From an uncultured virus (IMG/VR IMGVR_UViG_3300007609_001041) (lineage: Duplodnaviria; Heunggongvirae; Uroviricota; Caudoviricetes), in IMG/VR virus record IMGVR_UViG_3300007609_001041, positions 1 through 64,000 of that record: 64,000 nucleotides of DNA; one strand, given 5' to 3'. Positions within the stretch are counted from its first letter, which is position 1. Every line of letters starts with the position of its first letter. The notes under the pieces were generated by a model. It saw only the letters and a program-made list of their open reading frames with translations. It was not told the origin of the DNA and did not search any database. Positions 1 to 9,574 of the stretch are shown piece by piece. Made by a program: the position numbers and the translations under genes.

Positions 1-555
1 TTCTGCTTTCTCACTAAGAATGGTAATACCCAATAACTGTTCAATAATAGCACGTTGATCATTTTGACGCATACTTAAAAACGGTTCTGTATAGGTATTA
101 AGTGCAACAATGTGTTTAAACATATCATGCGTCATGCCTAACAATTCATTGATTTCTTCTTGAGTTTTACGACTGTCGCCCTGACTCTCATCGATCATTT
201 CTTGTTCTTGATCGTTAATAAAAAATTTCAATACATTAGGAGAACGACCTCGTTCAATCCTATAGTCTAATCCATCTTTTTCAAAATGTAATGTAACTAA
301 CATTCCTTTTGAATTAGTTTTGTTAATAAGATTGTTACGTTTAATATTAGTTAATGCTTGCCCGTACATAGCGTAACTGAGTGCATTAATAATTGTAGTC
401 TTACCAGTACCGTTGCGTGACCCGCTGTCATCGCCGCCTTGGTCTAAGTTTTCACCTAACACAAGAGTAAGTTGTTCTTTATTGAAATCTACAGCCTGAG
501 TCTGATTGCCCACGCTCATAAAATTCTTGACTGTTAAATCCTTAATACGTATCAT
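1..555 (-). CDS. gp46: Recombination endonuclease ATPase subunit, T4 gp46/SbcC/Rad50-like (runs off the window edge)
   Basis: Not in the ORF track. Manual translation from the ATG at 555 gives MIRIKDLTVKNFMSVGN...LVLGENLDQGGDDSGSRNGTGKTTIINAL (Walker A of the SMC/Rad50 family). The start overlaps the gp47 stop (ATGA). Confidence 0.92.
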   Translation of the reverse strand, partial: MIRIKDLTVKNFMSVGNQTQAVDFNKEQLTLVLGENLDQGGDDSGSRNGTGKTTIINALSYAMYGQALTNIKRNNLINKTNSKGMLVTLHFEKDGLDYRIERGRSPNVLKFFINDQEQEMIDESQGDSRKTQEEINELLGMTHDMFKHIVALNTYTEPFLSMRQNDQRAIIEQLLGITILSEKAE

Positions 556-1562
556 AGTTCGTTATAAATGTCCAATAGCATTTTTTTGTTAAAATTATCC
601 GAGTCAATTGCTGAAATTTCCTTAGACACAATTTGATCTACACTTTCAAATTGTTGAATATCAATGTCAGTAGAAATTTCTTCAATTTGTTTTTGAGGAA
701 TAAGTGTAATTTCTCTACAATTATGTTGATTAATAAACGTTTCTTTAATAAATTGTGCTTCTTCGTAACTAATTGGTAAATCTAAAGTAACTCGAAGATA
801 CATTTTTGACTTAATAATTGTATCTGCTTGATCAATTAACTCACTTAGCTTAACAGTTCGATACTTAGGGCAATCTGGCCAATTAATAAATTGGGGTTCC
901 TTGTTGTTTTCACGATCAAGAATCATCATCCCACGCTCGTCATCCCACGCATCAGCATAGTTGTGCGGAAACGCATTGCCAATATAGTGAATCGCACCTT
1001 GTACTTGACGTTTGTGGAAGTGTCCTGAGAACACATACTCTTGATGCTTAAAATGCTCTGGCTTTAGATCACCGTGATCGGGCATCTTAACCAATGCGTT
1101 CATATAAAAGCTAGGAAGTTCAAAGTGGCCAAACATATATTTGGCTTTGATCTTTTCAATTTTTTTCCATTCGTCGCCTACTAGCCAAGGAACCAAACAA
1201 ACATCTTCTACTTCTGTAATCTCGTTTACAACAGTTACACCTGGAATGTGTTTCCCAAACTCAACTGAATGGATATCTCGTTTGTCTTTGTAGTACAAAT
1301 CGTGGTTGCCAGGAAAGTAAAAAAATTGTTCAAATGATTGTCCTAACTTTTCTAAACTACGTAGAGTTGCATCCATAGTTGTAATGTTTAGACTGTTACG
1401 ATTATGATGCCAGTCCCCGCAGAAAATGCCAGTTTCACACCCGGCAGCTTGTGCTTGCTCTATGTACCAATCTACAAATTCTTCACAATCTTGATTGTGG
1501 ATTTTTGAATTACTTTTTAATCCAAAATGTATGTCTGTAAAGACAGCAGCTTTTTTAAACAA
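552..1562 (-). CDS. gp47: Recombination endonuclease nuclease subunit, T4 gp47/Mre11/SbcD-like metallophosphoesterase
   Basis: Motifs DIHFG, GDWHH, GNHD, GHFE, SGHFH; adjacent to gp46; TTG start with upstream GAGGA. Confidence 0.93.
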   Translation of the reverse strand: MFKKAAVFTDIHFGLKSNSKIHNQDCEEFVDWYIEQAQAAGCETGIFCGDWHHNRNSLNITTMDATLRSLEKLGQSFEQFFYFPGNHDLYYKDKRDIHSVEFGKHIPGVTVVNEITEVEDVCLVPWLVGDEWKKIEKIKAKYMFGHFELPSFYMNALVKMPDHGDLKPEHFKHQEYVFSGHFHKRQVQGAIHYIGNAFPHNYADAWDDERGMMILDRENNKEPQFINWPDCPKYRTVKLSELIDQADTIIKSKMYLRVTLDLPISYEEAQFIKETFINQHNCREITLIPQKQIEEISTDIDIQQFESVDQIVSKEISAIDSDNFNKKMLLDIYNEL

Positions 1563-1585
1563 GTATTAATCCTCTTTTCTCATTT

Positions 1586-1614
1586 AGTATAACTAGTTTT
1601 TGTGTGTAAGTCAA
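1586..1614 (-). promoter_or_regulatory. Sigma70-type promoter for gp47-gp46
   Basis: Minus strand reads TTGACT (1614-1609), 17 nt, TATACT (1591-1586), in the short gap upstream of gp47. Confidence 0.75.
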
Positions 1615-2450
1615 GAATTTTTTTTGGTCTGTTGATCGTTACGCTCAACTTCTCTTTCCCACTGACCCTGTTGTTGTCTAGTAAAGCTAGGTGTTAAGTC
1701 GTTCATTTCAAGAATATCGTCTCGAATGTTTTGATTACGTTTTTCAATGTTAATGACACGTACAAAACTATTTGTAACTGCGGCTGTATAGTATGCAAAC
1801 GGATTTTGTGACTTAGATTCGTCAAACTGTAAGCCAATTTGTGCTAATTGTAGTATAGCTTGTCCACGCATTTCATCATTGTAAGTGTAACCACGTACAT
1901 TGCCTCTAGTAGCATATCGATCGCATAACTTCATCCACATTGTAGCAAGTTTGTCGGTTGACTTTCCGTGATTCAAACTAAAGTAACCGTTCGACATACC
2001 ACCCTTCCAGTGACTTTTTCCTACACACTCTAGCTCGTCACTTTCAGTGTTAAATTTATAGTGTTGAAACGGAGGAAAATTTAATTTTACTCTCGTATCA
2101 GCAACAGTCTTAGGATTTTTCTTGCGTCCTGGCTCTTCTGGAATGTGATCAAACGTCATAATTCGAAAGATAAGTTCGTCTTTCGAAATCTTTTTGTAAT
2201 CAACTTCGTACTCGGCAAGTTTTACTTTCAGACCTTCGGCTTTTGCAGCTTCAAACCGTTGTTGTTGTAGCCTTTTAGCTTTGTTACGTTTTGCTTCTGC
2301 AATAGTTCTAACGTTAATTTTTTCAACATCTGGTAAAATAATATCGTACTGATGATACTCTTTATCGATATAACTACAAAACGTATTTTTTGATCTGTGT
2401 ATTTCTTTTAATATATCTTTATTATTAAGATAGTTAACTCTTTTAGTCAT
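1611..2450 (-). CDS. gp55: Late-transcription sigma factor, T4 gp55-like, with a large internal insertion
   Basis: N-terminal NYLNNKDILKEI and C-terminal GYTYNDEM...FDESKSQNPFAYYT...NSFVRVINIEK match gp55 motifs; canonical position upstream of gp47/gp46. Confidence 0.85.
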   Translation of the reverse strand: MTKRVNYLNNKDILKEIHRSKNTFCSYIDKEYHQYDIILPDVEKINVRTIAEAKRNKAKRLQQQRFEAAKAEGLKVKLAEYEVDYKKISKDELIFRIMTFDHIPEEPGRKKNPKTVADTRVKLNFPPFQHYKFNTESDELECVGKSHWKGGMSNGYFSLNHGKSTDKLATMWMKLCDRYATRGNVRGYTYNDEMRGQAILQLAQIGLQFDESKSQNPFAYYTAAVTNSFVRVINIEKRNQNIRDDILEMNDLTPSFTRQQQGQWEREVERNDQQTKKNS

Positions 2451-2472
2451 GATTTCTCCAGGTTATATCCAT

Positions 2473-2501
2473 ATTATAAACTATGCACATAACTTTGTCA
2501 A
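2473..2501 (-). promoter_or_regulatory. Consensus sigma70 promoter for gp55
   Basis: Minus strand reads TTGACA (2501-2496), 17 nt, TATAAT (2478-2473), 22 nt above the gp55 ATG; GGAGA RBS present. Confidence 0.85.
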
Positions 2502-2508
2502 CTAAATA
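2501..2508 (+). promoter_or_regulatory. Putative gp55-dependent late promoter (ACTAAATA)
   Basis: TAAATA core upstream of the AGGAGA RBS and the first structural gene; the same core recurs before other structural genes. Confidence 0.6.
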
Positions 2509-2530
2509 ATGTATAGGAGACAACATAGCT

Positions 2531-3418
2531 ATGGCAAAAAATTGGAACAATGGTCGCATTGTAGCAGACAAAGTTGTACGAGCAACAGGTGCAGCTGGAC
2601 AAAGTATAGCCGCAGGCGGCATTCCTGATATAGCGTCCAACATTCCAAAAAATGTAAAAGACATTGGACAGAAAGTGTTCAGTGGAATAGAAGGAGCATC
2701 TGGAAATTTTATGAGCGCACTTCGCGGAAAAAATTTACCAGGGCAAATAACTTCCGGTCCAACAGCAACAGCTTCTTTTTCTTCAGCAAATGTAGAAGAA
2801 AAAGACTGGCGTGTTTCGTTAAGTTTGCCAGCGGGTGTTGTTGCATATAATGAATCTGAACTTTTAGAACCTCTTAAGAGTACAGGCAATCGAATGGTTT
2901 TCCCCTTCACTCCAACAATCATTATTCAGCATAGTGCAAATTATAATTCTTCTGCACCGATACATAATAATTATCCTTTTTTCTCTTATCAAAACTCACA
3001 AGTGAACGAATTAGTTATTACAGGACAATTTTTTGTACAAAACTCGTTAGAAGCAAAATATTGGACATCGTGCTTACATTATTTAAGATCAGTAACTAAA
3101 ATGGATTTTGGCGAAGGCAGTAATCCAGGTGCTCCGCCGCCTATTGTAAAACTAAATGGTTACGGAGACTATGTGTTTAATAATGTTCCTGTAATAATTA
3201 CAACATTTACTGTAGATATGCCTAACGAAGTAGATTATATTGCAACCGGAATAAATTCAGAAACTGGTAATCCTGCAGACAGTAGAAACATAAGCTGGGC
3301 TCCTGCAGAATCGCAATTTAGTGTTAGCGTCCAGCCAATTTATAGCAGAAGTAAACAAACAGTATTCAACTACGATAACTTTATTAAAGGCAATGATATC
3401 GGCCAAGGATATATTTAA
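2531..3418 (+). CDS. Putative baseplate/tail-tube-initiator-type structural protein
   Basis: FPFTPTI...PPPIVKLNGYG...NVPVIITTF pattern typical of tube-fold baseplate proteins; first gene of the baseplate operon, directly before the gp53-like gene. Confidence 0.55.
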   Translation: MAKNWNNGRIVADKVVRATGAAGQSIAAGGIPDIASNIPKNVKDIGQKVFSGIEGASGNFMSALRGKNLPGQITSGPTATASFSSANVEEKDWRVSLSLPAGVVAYNESELLEPLKSTGNRMVFPFTPTIIIQHSANYNSSAPIHNNYPFFSYQNSQVNELVITGQFFVQNSLEAKYWTSCLHYLRSVTKMDFGEGSNPGAPPPIVKLNGYGDYVFNNVPVIITTFTVDMPNEVDYIATGINSETGNPADSRNISWAPAESQFSVSVQPIYSRSKQTVFNYDNFIKGNDIGQGYI

Positions 3419-3708
3419 TGGCAAACGGACCCTACGATAAAACTAAACTTGATAGTAATGGATCACTAGGATATTTTAGAATACGTCCAGTACCAGCATA
3501 CACTGATGACCCATTATATACTGTAGAACCTCAATACACCCATAGACCAGATCTTTTAGCATATGACCTATATGGCGATCAAAGTCTTTGGTGGGTATTT
3601 GCACAAAGAAATTTAAATGTAATTGAAGATCCAATATATGATTTAGTTCCAGGAAAACAAATTTATCTTCCCAATGCCGAACGAATCAAACAAGATTTAG
3701 GAGAATAA
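3418..3708 (+). CDS. gp53: Baseplate wedge subunit, gp53/LysM-like
   Basis: RPDLLAYDLYGDQSLWWVFAQRN...PG..IYLP is the gp53/LysM signature. Confidence 0.75.
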   Translation: MANGPYDKTKLDSNGSLGYFRIRPVPAYTDDPLYTVEPQYTHRPDLLAYDLYGDQSLWWVFAQRNLNVIEDPIYDLVPGKQIYLPNAERIKQDLGE

Positions 3709-3710
3709 CT

Positions 3711-6554
3711 GTGCCATATGTTTTTCCGTTAGGCACTGCATTAAAAAAAGATCCAGTAACTGGCAAGTTGTTAGGAGGAAAATATATACCTCCTAGTGAC
3801 GAGGATGAAACATCTGAAGTTGAAGGCGATCCTGAAGCTGCAAAAGCTGTATTAAATGGATTAGGACTGCCTTGGATGTCTACAATGATAGATCAAGCCC
3901 AAGCCGGACAAAATCCTTTAAGTTCTAATGTATCTATTCTTGCAGAAAACTCTGTTGTAGATACATTGTCTACAGCAACTATCGGATCTGCTTCGAACAT
4001 TATTACCTCTGACGACGCAGGACTTATAACAGAAAGAGAAACAACGGCACTACCACTAACTAACGAATTAGAAGATTTTGCATCTGTAAATTGTATTTTT
4101 GGACTAGGATGTTTAAGTCCAGAAGAATTAAATTTTCCCGACGAAACATATCGCAAGACAGGCATACGTTCAGGACAAATTGTATTACGATCAGGTCAAA
4201 CACCGCAAGGAAAACCAAGAACATTTGCTGAAAAAGAATATAACCTTGATGCAGGTTATTTTATTAACAATGTTGAAATACAGACAGTTATTGCACCAAA
4301 TCCTAAAAGCAGAGCAACTAATTTTCATCAAATATCTTTTGAAGTAACTGAACCTTATAGCATGGGACAGTTGTTACAAACTATGCAAATATGTTCTAAG
4401 AATGCCGGGTATTCAAACTATTTAGAGTCGCCGTGGCTATTACAACTAGATTTTGTAGGGCAACTACAGACAGCAACTGGTAATACTGAAATACCTAATA
4501 TGCTAACTAGCACTACAAAAAAACTTCCTTTAAAACTTGTTTCAGTAAATTTTAACGTAGACACTAATGGCAGTCACTATAGTTTTATTTGCAGCGCATT
4601 TAATGACGAAGCATTTTCAGATACAAATCAGTCACTACCAGTAGATATTACTCTTTCGGGTAGATCATTACAAGAAGCTGTACAGACTGGTTTTAATAGT
4701 TTGTCTAGTCACCTTAATACTCATTTGTTAAATCGAAAAAAAGAAACAAAAGAAAAGGTAGAAGTAGATGAATATATTTTTGCATTTCCGTCTGATACTT
4801 CTAGCGTAGGATTGCAGAGAGCTTTTAAAACAGCAAGTATAGAAAACACAGCAACCAGTGGTGATTTACAATTTAAAGAATTTGACGATTCTGCTATCGA
4901 ATATGCATTCAAGAGTAGAGGCGGCTTTGATGATTATGTACAAGACAATAGTGATTTTGGCGCAAGGGTTATCGAACAAAAAAGAGATTATGTTGAAAAT
5001 AGATTAGGGTATTCTGTAAAAAGGGGAAAACTTAGTGAAAGTATTAAAAAAGCAATTGCTTCTCCAACAGTAACACCTAACAAAATTGGTAGTTCTAAAA
5101 TACTTCCGAACGATCCCCTTTCTCCAGGTAATTTAAATTTTGGATTAAGTCAATTTTCTTGGAATCCTGACAACGGACTATTAGAAAGAGGCGGAACTGT
5201 TATTAATCCAGAAGTAAGAACAATTACATTTAAGGCTGGTACTAAAATACAAAAAATCTTAGAAGAACTTGTTCTTTTGAGCGATTTTGGAAAAAAATTA
5301 ACTAAAAACGGAGTTCCAGATAAAAACGGATTCGTTGATTGGTTTAGAATTGAATCAAGCGTTTATCTTATTAATGATAAAAAAGCAGAAGCAGTAATGG
5401 GTAGACTTCCTAGGATTTATTTGTACAAAGTAGTTCCGTATAAAGTACATAAAAGTCAGTTTATGATGCCAAATGATCCGCCACCGGGCTATGATAATTT
5501 AGTATCACAGGCAGTCAAAGAATACAATTATATGTACACTGGCAAAAATACAGATATCATTAACTTTGATATTAAATTTGATAATGCATTTTATGCTGCT
5601 GTTTCTACAGATAGAGGAAATCGTTCTGGAAATAACGATCCTTCCGAACAAGGAAATACAGATGTAGAGGAAGGTGTTGAAGTAACGGGCAATGCAGCAG
5701 GTTATCAAGGTGATGGATTAACATCTGCTAATGTTAATAGAAGCATTGGCACTGAAACAGCTGCTGCTATGCAAGAAGACAGCGAACTACAAATTGCCAG
5801 ACAGTTTAACGAAGCAATTGTAAATTCAGACGGAGATTTAGTTAGCATTGAAATGGAAATTTTAGGCGATCCGTATTACATTGCTGATAGTGGAGTAGGT
5901 AACTATAATGCAGAAGCTACAAATTATACTAATCTTAATATCGATGGAACAATAAATCACCAATCAAGTGAAGTTGATATTTTAATTAATTTCAGAACAC
6001 CTGTTGACATTGATCCCGAAACTGGTGCATATTTAATGGACGGACCAGGAATAGGTGTAAAAGATTTTAGTGGACTATATAAAGTTAATACAGTAATTAA
6101 TCAGTTTAGAGATAATCTTTTTACTCAAACTTTGCAATGTGTTAGAAGAAGAAATTACCAGTTGAAAGACGCAGAAGCAGAAGTGCAAGATGCACTATAC
6201 GAGCAAAAACGTAGATACGAAAAACGAGTTGAAGAAGCTAGGGAAACTGGCGATCAAGACCAAATTGATTTTGCAATTGCAGACAAAAATGCTGATGGTA
6301 AACTACAAGTTTGGGAGACTCAACAAAATCCTAATGCTACTGATTTAGCCACTGGAAAAAGAGGTAAGTCGGTGCAACCTACTACAGAAGAATCTGAAAC
6401 TAATGCACCTGCTGGCAACACAACCCCTGTGCCTACAGAACAAACTACAACTCCTGCTACTACAACTCCGCCACCGTCGAGAACAGGCGGTACCGGGTCC
6501 GGAAATAACGATCCATACTATAATTACGGAGTAAGAAGAAGAAATGACCAATAA
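3711..6554 (+). CDS. Putative baseplate hub protein with a Pro/Thr-rich C-terminal tail
   Basis: 947 aa between gp53-like and gp5-like genes; EILGDPYY and FSGLYKVNTV...FTQTL resemble hub-protein C-terminal motifs; GTG start. Confidence 0.5.
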   Translation: MPYVFPLGTALKKDPVTGKLLGGKYIPPSDEDETSEVEGDPEAAKAVLNGLGLPWMSTMIDQAQAGQNPLSSNVSILAENSVVDTLSTATIGSASNIITSDDAGLITERETTALPLTNELEDFASVNCIFGLGCLSPEELNFPDETYRKTGIRSGQIVLRSGQTPQGKPRTFAEKEYNLDAGYFINNVEIQTVIAPNPKSRATNFHQISFEVTEPYSMGQLLQTMQICSKNAGYSNYLESPWLLQLDFVGQLQTATGNTEIPNMLTSTTKKLPLKLVSVNFNVDTNGSHYSFICSAFNDEAFSDTNQSLPVDITLSGRSLQEAVQTGFNSLSSHLNTHLLNRKKETKEKVEVDEYIFAFPSDTSSVGLQRAFKTASIENTATSGDLQFKEFDDSAIEYAFKSRGGFDDYVQDNSDFGARVIEQKRDYVENRLGYSVKRGKLSESIKKAIASPTVTPNKIGSSKILPNDPLSPGNLNFGLSQFSWNPDNGLLERGGTVINPEVRTITFKAGTKIQKILEELVLLSDFGKKLTKNGVPDKNGFVDWFRIESSVYLINDKKAEAVMGRLPRIYLYKVVPYKVHKSQFMMPNDPPPGYDNLVSQAVKEYNYMYTGKNTDIINFDIKFDNAFYAAVSTDRGNRSGNNDPSEQGNTDVEEGVEVTGNAAGYQGDGLTSANVNRSIGTETAAAMQEDSELQIARQFNEAIVNSDGDLVSIEMEILGDPYYIADSGVGNYNAEATNYTNLNIDGTINHQSSEVDILINFRTPVDIDPETGAYLMDGPGIGVKDFSGLYKVNTVINQFRDNLFTQTLQCVRRRNYQLKDAEAEVQDALYEQKRRYEKRVEEARETGDQDQIDFAIADKNADGKLQVWETQQNPNATDLATGKRGKSVQPTTEESETNAPAGNTTPVPTEQTTTPATTTPPPSRTGGTGSGNNDPYYNYGVRRRNDQ

Positions 6555-9039
6555 TAGCAAAGACAAAAGATCTAGCGGTGCTGCCGCTATTCCAATGCCA
6601 CCGGGCCCTTATATTGCCAAGGTTGTAAGTCATCTTGATCCAAGACGTACTGGTGCGTTGAAAGTAGAGCTTTTAAAAAATGCTACAGCCGGCAATGATG
6701 CAGGTTTTGAACCAGGACAACTCTTTACAGTAAGATACTGTATGCCGTTTTATGGAGTTACTGATGTTTCAAGCAACAGAGCTGATAATCAATATAGTAG
6801 TACTCAACAGAGTTATGGATTTTGGGCCGTGCCGCCTGACCCGGGCACAAAAGTACTTGTAATATTTGCAGAAAATCAATCAAATCAAGGATTTTGGATT
6901 GGATGCATACCAGACGAATATATGAATCATATGGTGCCAGGAGGATATGCGGCAGCTAAAAGTAACCGAGTTATCCAAGAAGGTTTAATTGAAGATTATA
7001 AAAACAAACCTTTACCTACTGGAGAATATAATAAAGCATCTAATACTAATAAAGGAAATGACCCTGATAAGTTTTTAAAACCTCACAATCCTTTAATGGT
7101 GCAAACATTGGCTTCACAAGGGTTATTAGACGACACTATTAGAGGGCTTACTAGTAGTAGTGCTAGAAGAGATATACCTAATACAGTATATGGATGGAAC
7201 ACACCAGGTCCGTTGGATAAAAGAGACGGAGCACCTAAGGGAAAATACGGAACAAAAAATGATCAAGTTGATTATTTTAGAAGTAGACTAGGCGGATCGT
7301 CATTTGTAATGGACGACGGAGATCCGACTATACTTAGGTCAGGACTAGCTTCAGATCAAGGACCGGTATACTACGATATAAGCAAAGTTCCTAGTGCTAC
7401 AAATAGTTCAAATCCGACTCTATTGTTTAATGAACATGTTAGACTTAGGACAAGAACTGGTCATCAAATACTTTTACATAATACAGAAGATTTAATTTAT
7501 ATCGGAAATGCTAGAGGTAGTACTTGGGTAGAATTAACTTCAAACGGTAAAATAGACATCTATGCAGATGATAGTATTAGTATTAGAAGTGGCAACGATA
7601 TTAATTTACATGCCGACAGAGATTTCAATTGGAGTGCCGGCAGAGATGTTAATATCAACGGCGGACGAGATATAAAAGTTACCGCATCTAATAACATGGA
7701 CACTAAAGTAGGTGTTGATGCAAAACTAGATGTTGGAACCAACTATGATCAGTTTGTTGGTGCGAATCAACAAGTGTTTGTAGGTGCCGAAGGACATTTG
7801 AATGTTGCTGGAGCACATAGCATTACTAGCCAAACAACGTTAGATATACTAACAGGCGGCTCTAGGAAAGATAAACAAGCAACACTTGATGTCTCTACTA
7901 CAGGCGCAAATAAATTTACAGCTGGCAACAACACTGAAATTTTGAGCGGTGGCGAACATAGAGAAACAGCACCTAATATACATATGAACACAAGCGGCAA
8001 CGCTGCATCAAATGCAGAGGAAGCAGAGTCTGCTAGTATAGCAGAAGTTGCATTACCTGCACTATTTCCTCGACGAGTACCTAAAAGAGAACCTTGGCTA
8101 GAACATGAAAATTTAAATCCCTTGGCGCATACTCCGTCAGAAACACAAGCAATTACAAGTCCACCAGAGGCTGTAAGAATTGTTAATACAGTTATTAATA
8201 GTTCTAGTGATCAAGGCCAATATACTGGATTATCTGGACCTGTACAAGCCAATACATCTGGACCACAAACAGTTGTTCCAGGTGCAACAGGCCCTTCCGA
8301 CGGAAATCAACCTGCGGCTCCTGTTCCTGTTAATGATATGCAAAGATTTTTCTTAAATGAACTCATTGTTAAATTGGGATTAGATCCGTCAACTTGTTTG
8401 AATAGTGCTACAGCGTCACCTACTCCAGGTAACGCAGAAGCATTAGCAATGGCAATGGCACAACCTCAAGCAGAATGCGGATTTAAACCACGTAGTGAAA
8501 ATATGAATTATTCTGCATCTAGACTGAGGGCTGTTTATCCTAGCAGAGTAAAATCAGATGCGTTCGCTCAGCAATTGGTAGCAGCAGGACCTGCTGCTAT
8601 CGGTAATACTTTATACGGAAATAGATACGGTAATGCTCAAGACGAAGGTTACAAATATAGAGGTAGAGGATTAATTCAATTAACATTTAAATCTAATTAC
8701 GAAACATACGGAAAATTAGCAGGAGTTGATGTTGTTAATAATCCTGAAATGGCTAACGATCCTGAAGTAGCTACAAAACTAGCTGTAGCTTATATTAATA
8801 GTAAAAGTGTCACTTGGTCAAGTCCTAGTTTTTCAAGTTTAGGAGAAGAATTTCGCAAAGCTGTAGGTTATGCTAATCAAGGTGGCAAAGAAACATCTCG
8901 CAGAATAGGTATTGCTCGAGGATTCTATCAAAAAATTATTAATGGTGAATTAACACCATTATCGTCTTTAACTAAAACAGAATATCCAGGTACAGGTCAA
9001 ACAACAATTATCGAAGAACCTCCAACAGGTCCGTTTTAG
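6544..9039 (+). CDS. gp5: Baseplate central spike, gp5/VgrG-like, with a C-terminal GH19 (lysozyme/chitinase-like) domain
   Basis: N-terminal OB fold (AKVVSHLDP...PPDPGTKVLVIF...FWIGC), RTRTGHQILL and beta-helix repeats, then AQ..AECGF..SENMNYS and YGN...EGYKYRGRGLIQLT..SNY (GH19). Confidence 0.82.
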   Translation: MTNNSKDKRSSGAAAIPMPPGPYIAKVVSHLDPRRTGALKVELLKNATAGNDAGFEPGQLFTVRYCMPFYGVTDVSSNRADNQYSSTQQSYGFWAVPPDPGTKVLVIFAENQSNQGFWIGCIPDEYMNHMVPGGYAAAKSNRVIQEGLIEDYKNKPLPTGEYNKASNTNKGNDPDKFLKPHNPLMVQTLASQGLLDDTIRGLTSSSARRDIPNTVYGWNTPGPLDKRDGAPKGKYGTKNDQVDYFRSRLGGSSFVMDDGDPTILRSGLASDQGPVYYDISKVPSATNSSNPTLLFNEHVRLRTRTGHQILLHNTEDLIYIGNARGSTWVELTSNGKIDIYADDSISIRSGNDINLHADRDFNWSAGRDVNINGGRDIKVTASNNMDTKVGVDAKLDVGTNYDQFVGANQQVFVGAEGHLNVAGAHSITSQTTLDILTGGSRKDKQATLDVSTTGANKFTAGNNTEILSGGEHRETAPNIHMNTSGNAASNAEEAESASIAEVALPALFPRRVPKREPWLEHENLNPLAHTPSETQAITSPPEAVRIVNTVINSSSDQGQYTGLSGPVQANTSGPQTVVPGATGPSDGNQPAAPVPVNDMQRFFLNELIVKLGLDPSTCLNSATASPTPGNAEALAMAMAQPQAECGFKPRSENMNYSASRLRAVYPSRVKSDAFAQQLVAAGPAAIGNTLYGNRYGNAQDEGYKYRGRGLIQLTFKSNYETYGKLAGVDVVNNPEMANDPEVATKLAVAYINSKSVTWSSPSFSSLGEEFRKAVGYANQGGKETSRRIGIARGFYQKIINGELTPLSSLTKTEYPGTGQTTIIEEPPTGPF

Positions 9040-9069
9040 TATTAAAGTTTTTGCAGGCAGATAACATAA

Positions 9070-9077
9070 GATAAATA
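9070..9077 (+). promoter_or_regulatory. Putative late promoter (GATAAATA)
   Basis: TAAATA core in the intergenic gap, 5 nt before the gp25 ATG (possibly a leaderless transcript). Confidence 0.55.
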
Positions 9078-9082
9078 TTAGT

Positions 9083-9514
9083 ATGGTAGACTTATATAAA
9101 GAAATTAAAATTAGAGGTCCAAAAGTACCTAAACCTCCTGTAAAACAAAAAGCCTACAGGGGATTTAGTACTGTAAATGTTGAAAATACGTCTTTTCAGC
9201 AATACGATTTGAGTTTGATCAAACAAGATTTAATCAATCATTTTAATATTAGGCAAGGCGAAAAATTGTCTAATCCTGCATTTGGATGTATTATTTGGGA
9301 TGCTTTATATGAGCCGTTAACAGAAGAATTAAAAGAAGCAATTGCTACTAACGTAACGAATATTGTAAATTATGATCCTAGAACTAGCGCAACAGAAATA
9401 CAAATTACTGAATATGAACAAGGACTTCAAATCGAGTGCACAATAACTTATTTAGATTACAACATTAGCGAAAATTTGCAACTACAGTTCGACAAATCCA
9501 TTGGATTATCGTGA
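9083..9514 (+). CDS. gp25: Baseplate wedge subunit gp25
   Basis: LIKQDLINHFNIRQGEKLSNPAFGC.IW..LYEP...YDPR motif of the GPW/gp25 family. Confidence 0.88.
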   Translation: MVDLYKEIKIRGPKVPKPPVKQKAYRGFSTVNVENTSFQQYDLSLIKQDLINHFNIRQGEKLSNPAFGCIIWDALYEPLTEELKEAIATNVTNIVNYDPRTSATEIQITEYEQGLQIECTITYLDYNISENLQLQFDKSIGLS

Positions 9515-9543
9515 CATAATTAACTGTTACTATAACTCAATAT

Positions 9544-9551
9544 AATAAATA
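9544..9551 (+). promoter_or_regulatory. Putative late promoter (AATAAATA)
   Basis: TAAATA core upstream of the GAGGA RBS of gp6. Confidence 0.55.
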
Positions 9552-9574
9552 CTGTATAGTAAAGAGGATCGCCG

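Noticed and set aside
2443..2922. 159-aa minus-strand ORF
   Set aside because: It is antisense to the 2531 structural gene and runs across both promoters; no motif. Treated as a shadow ORF.
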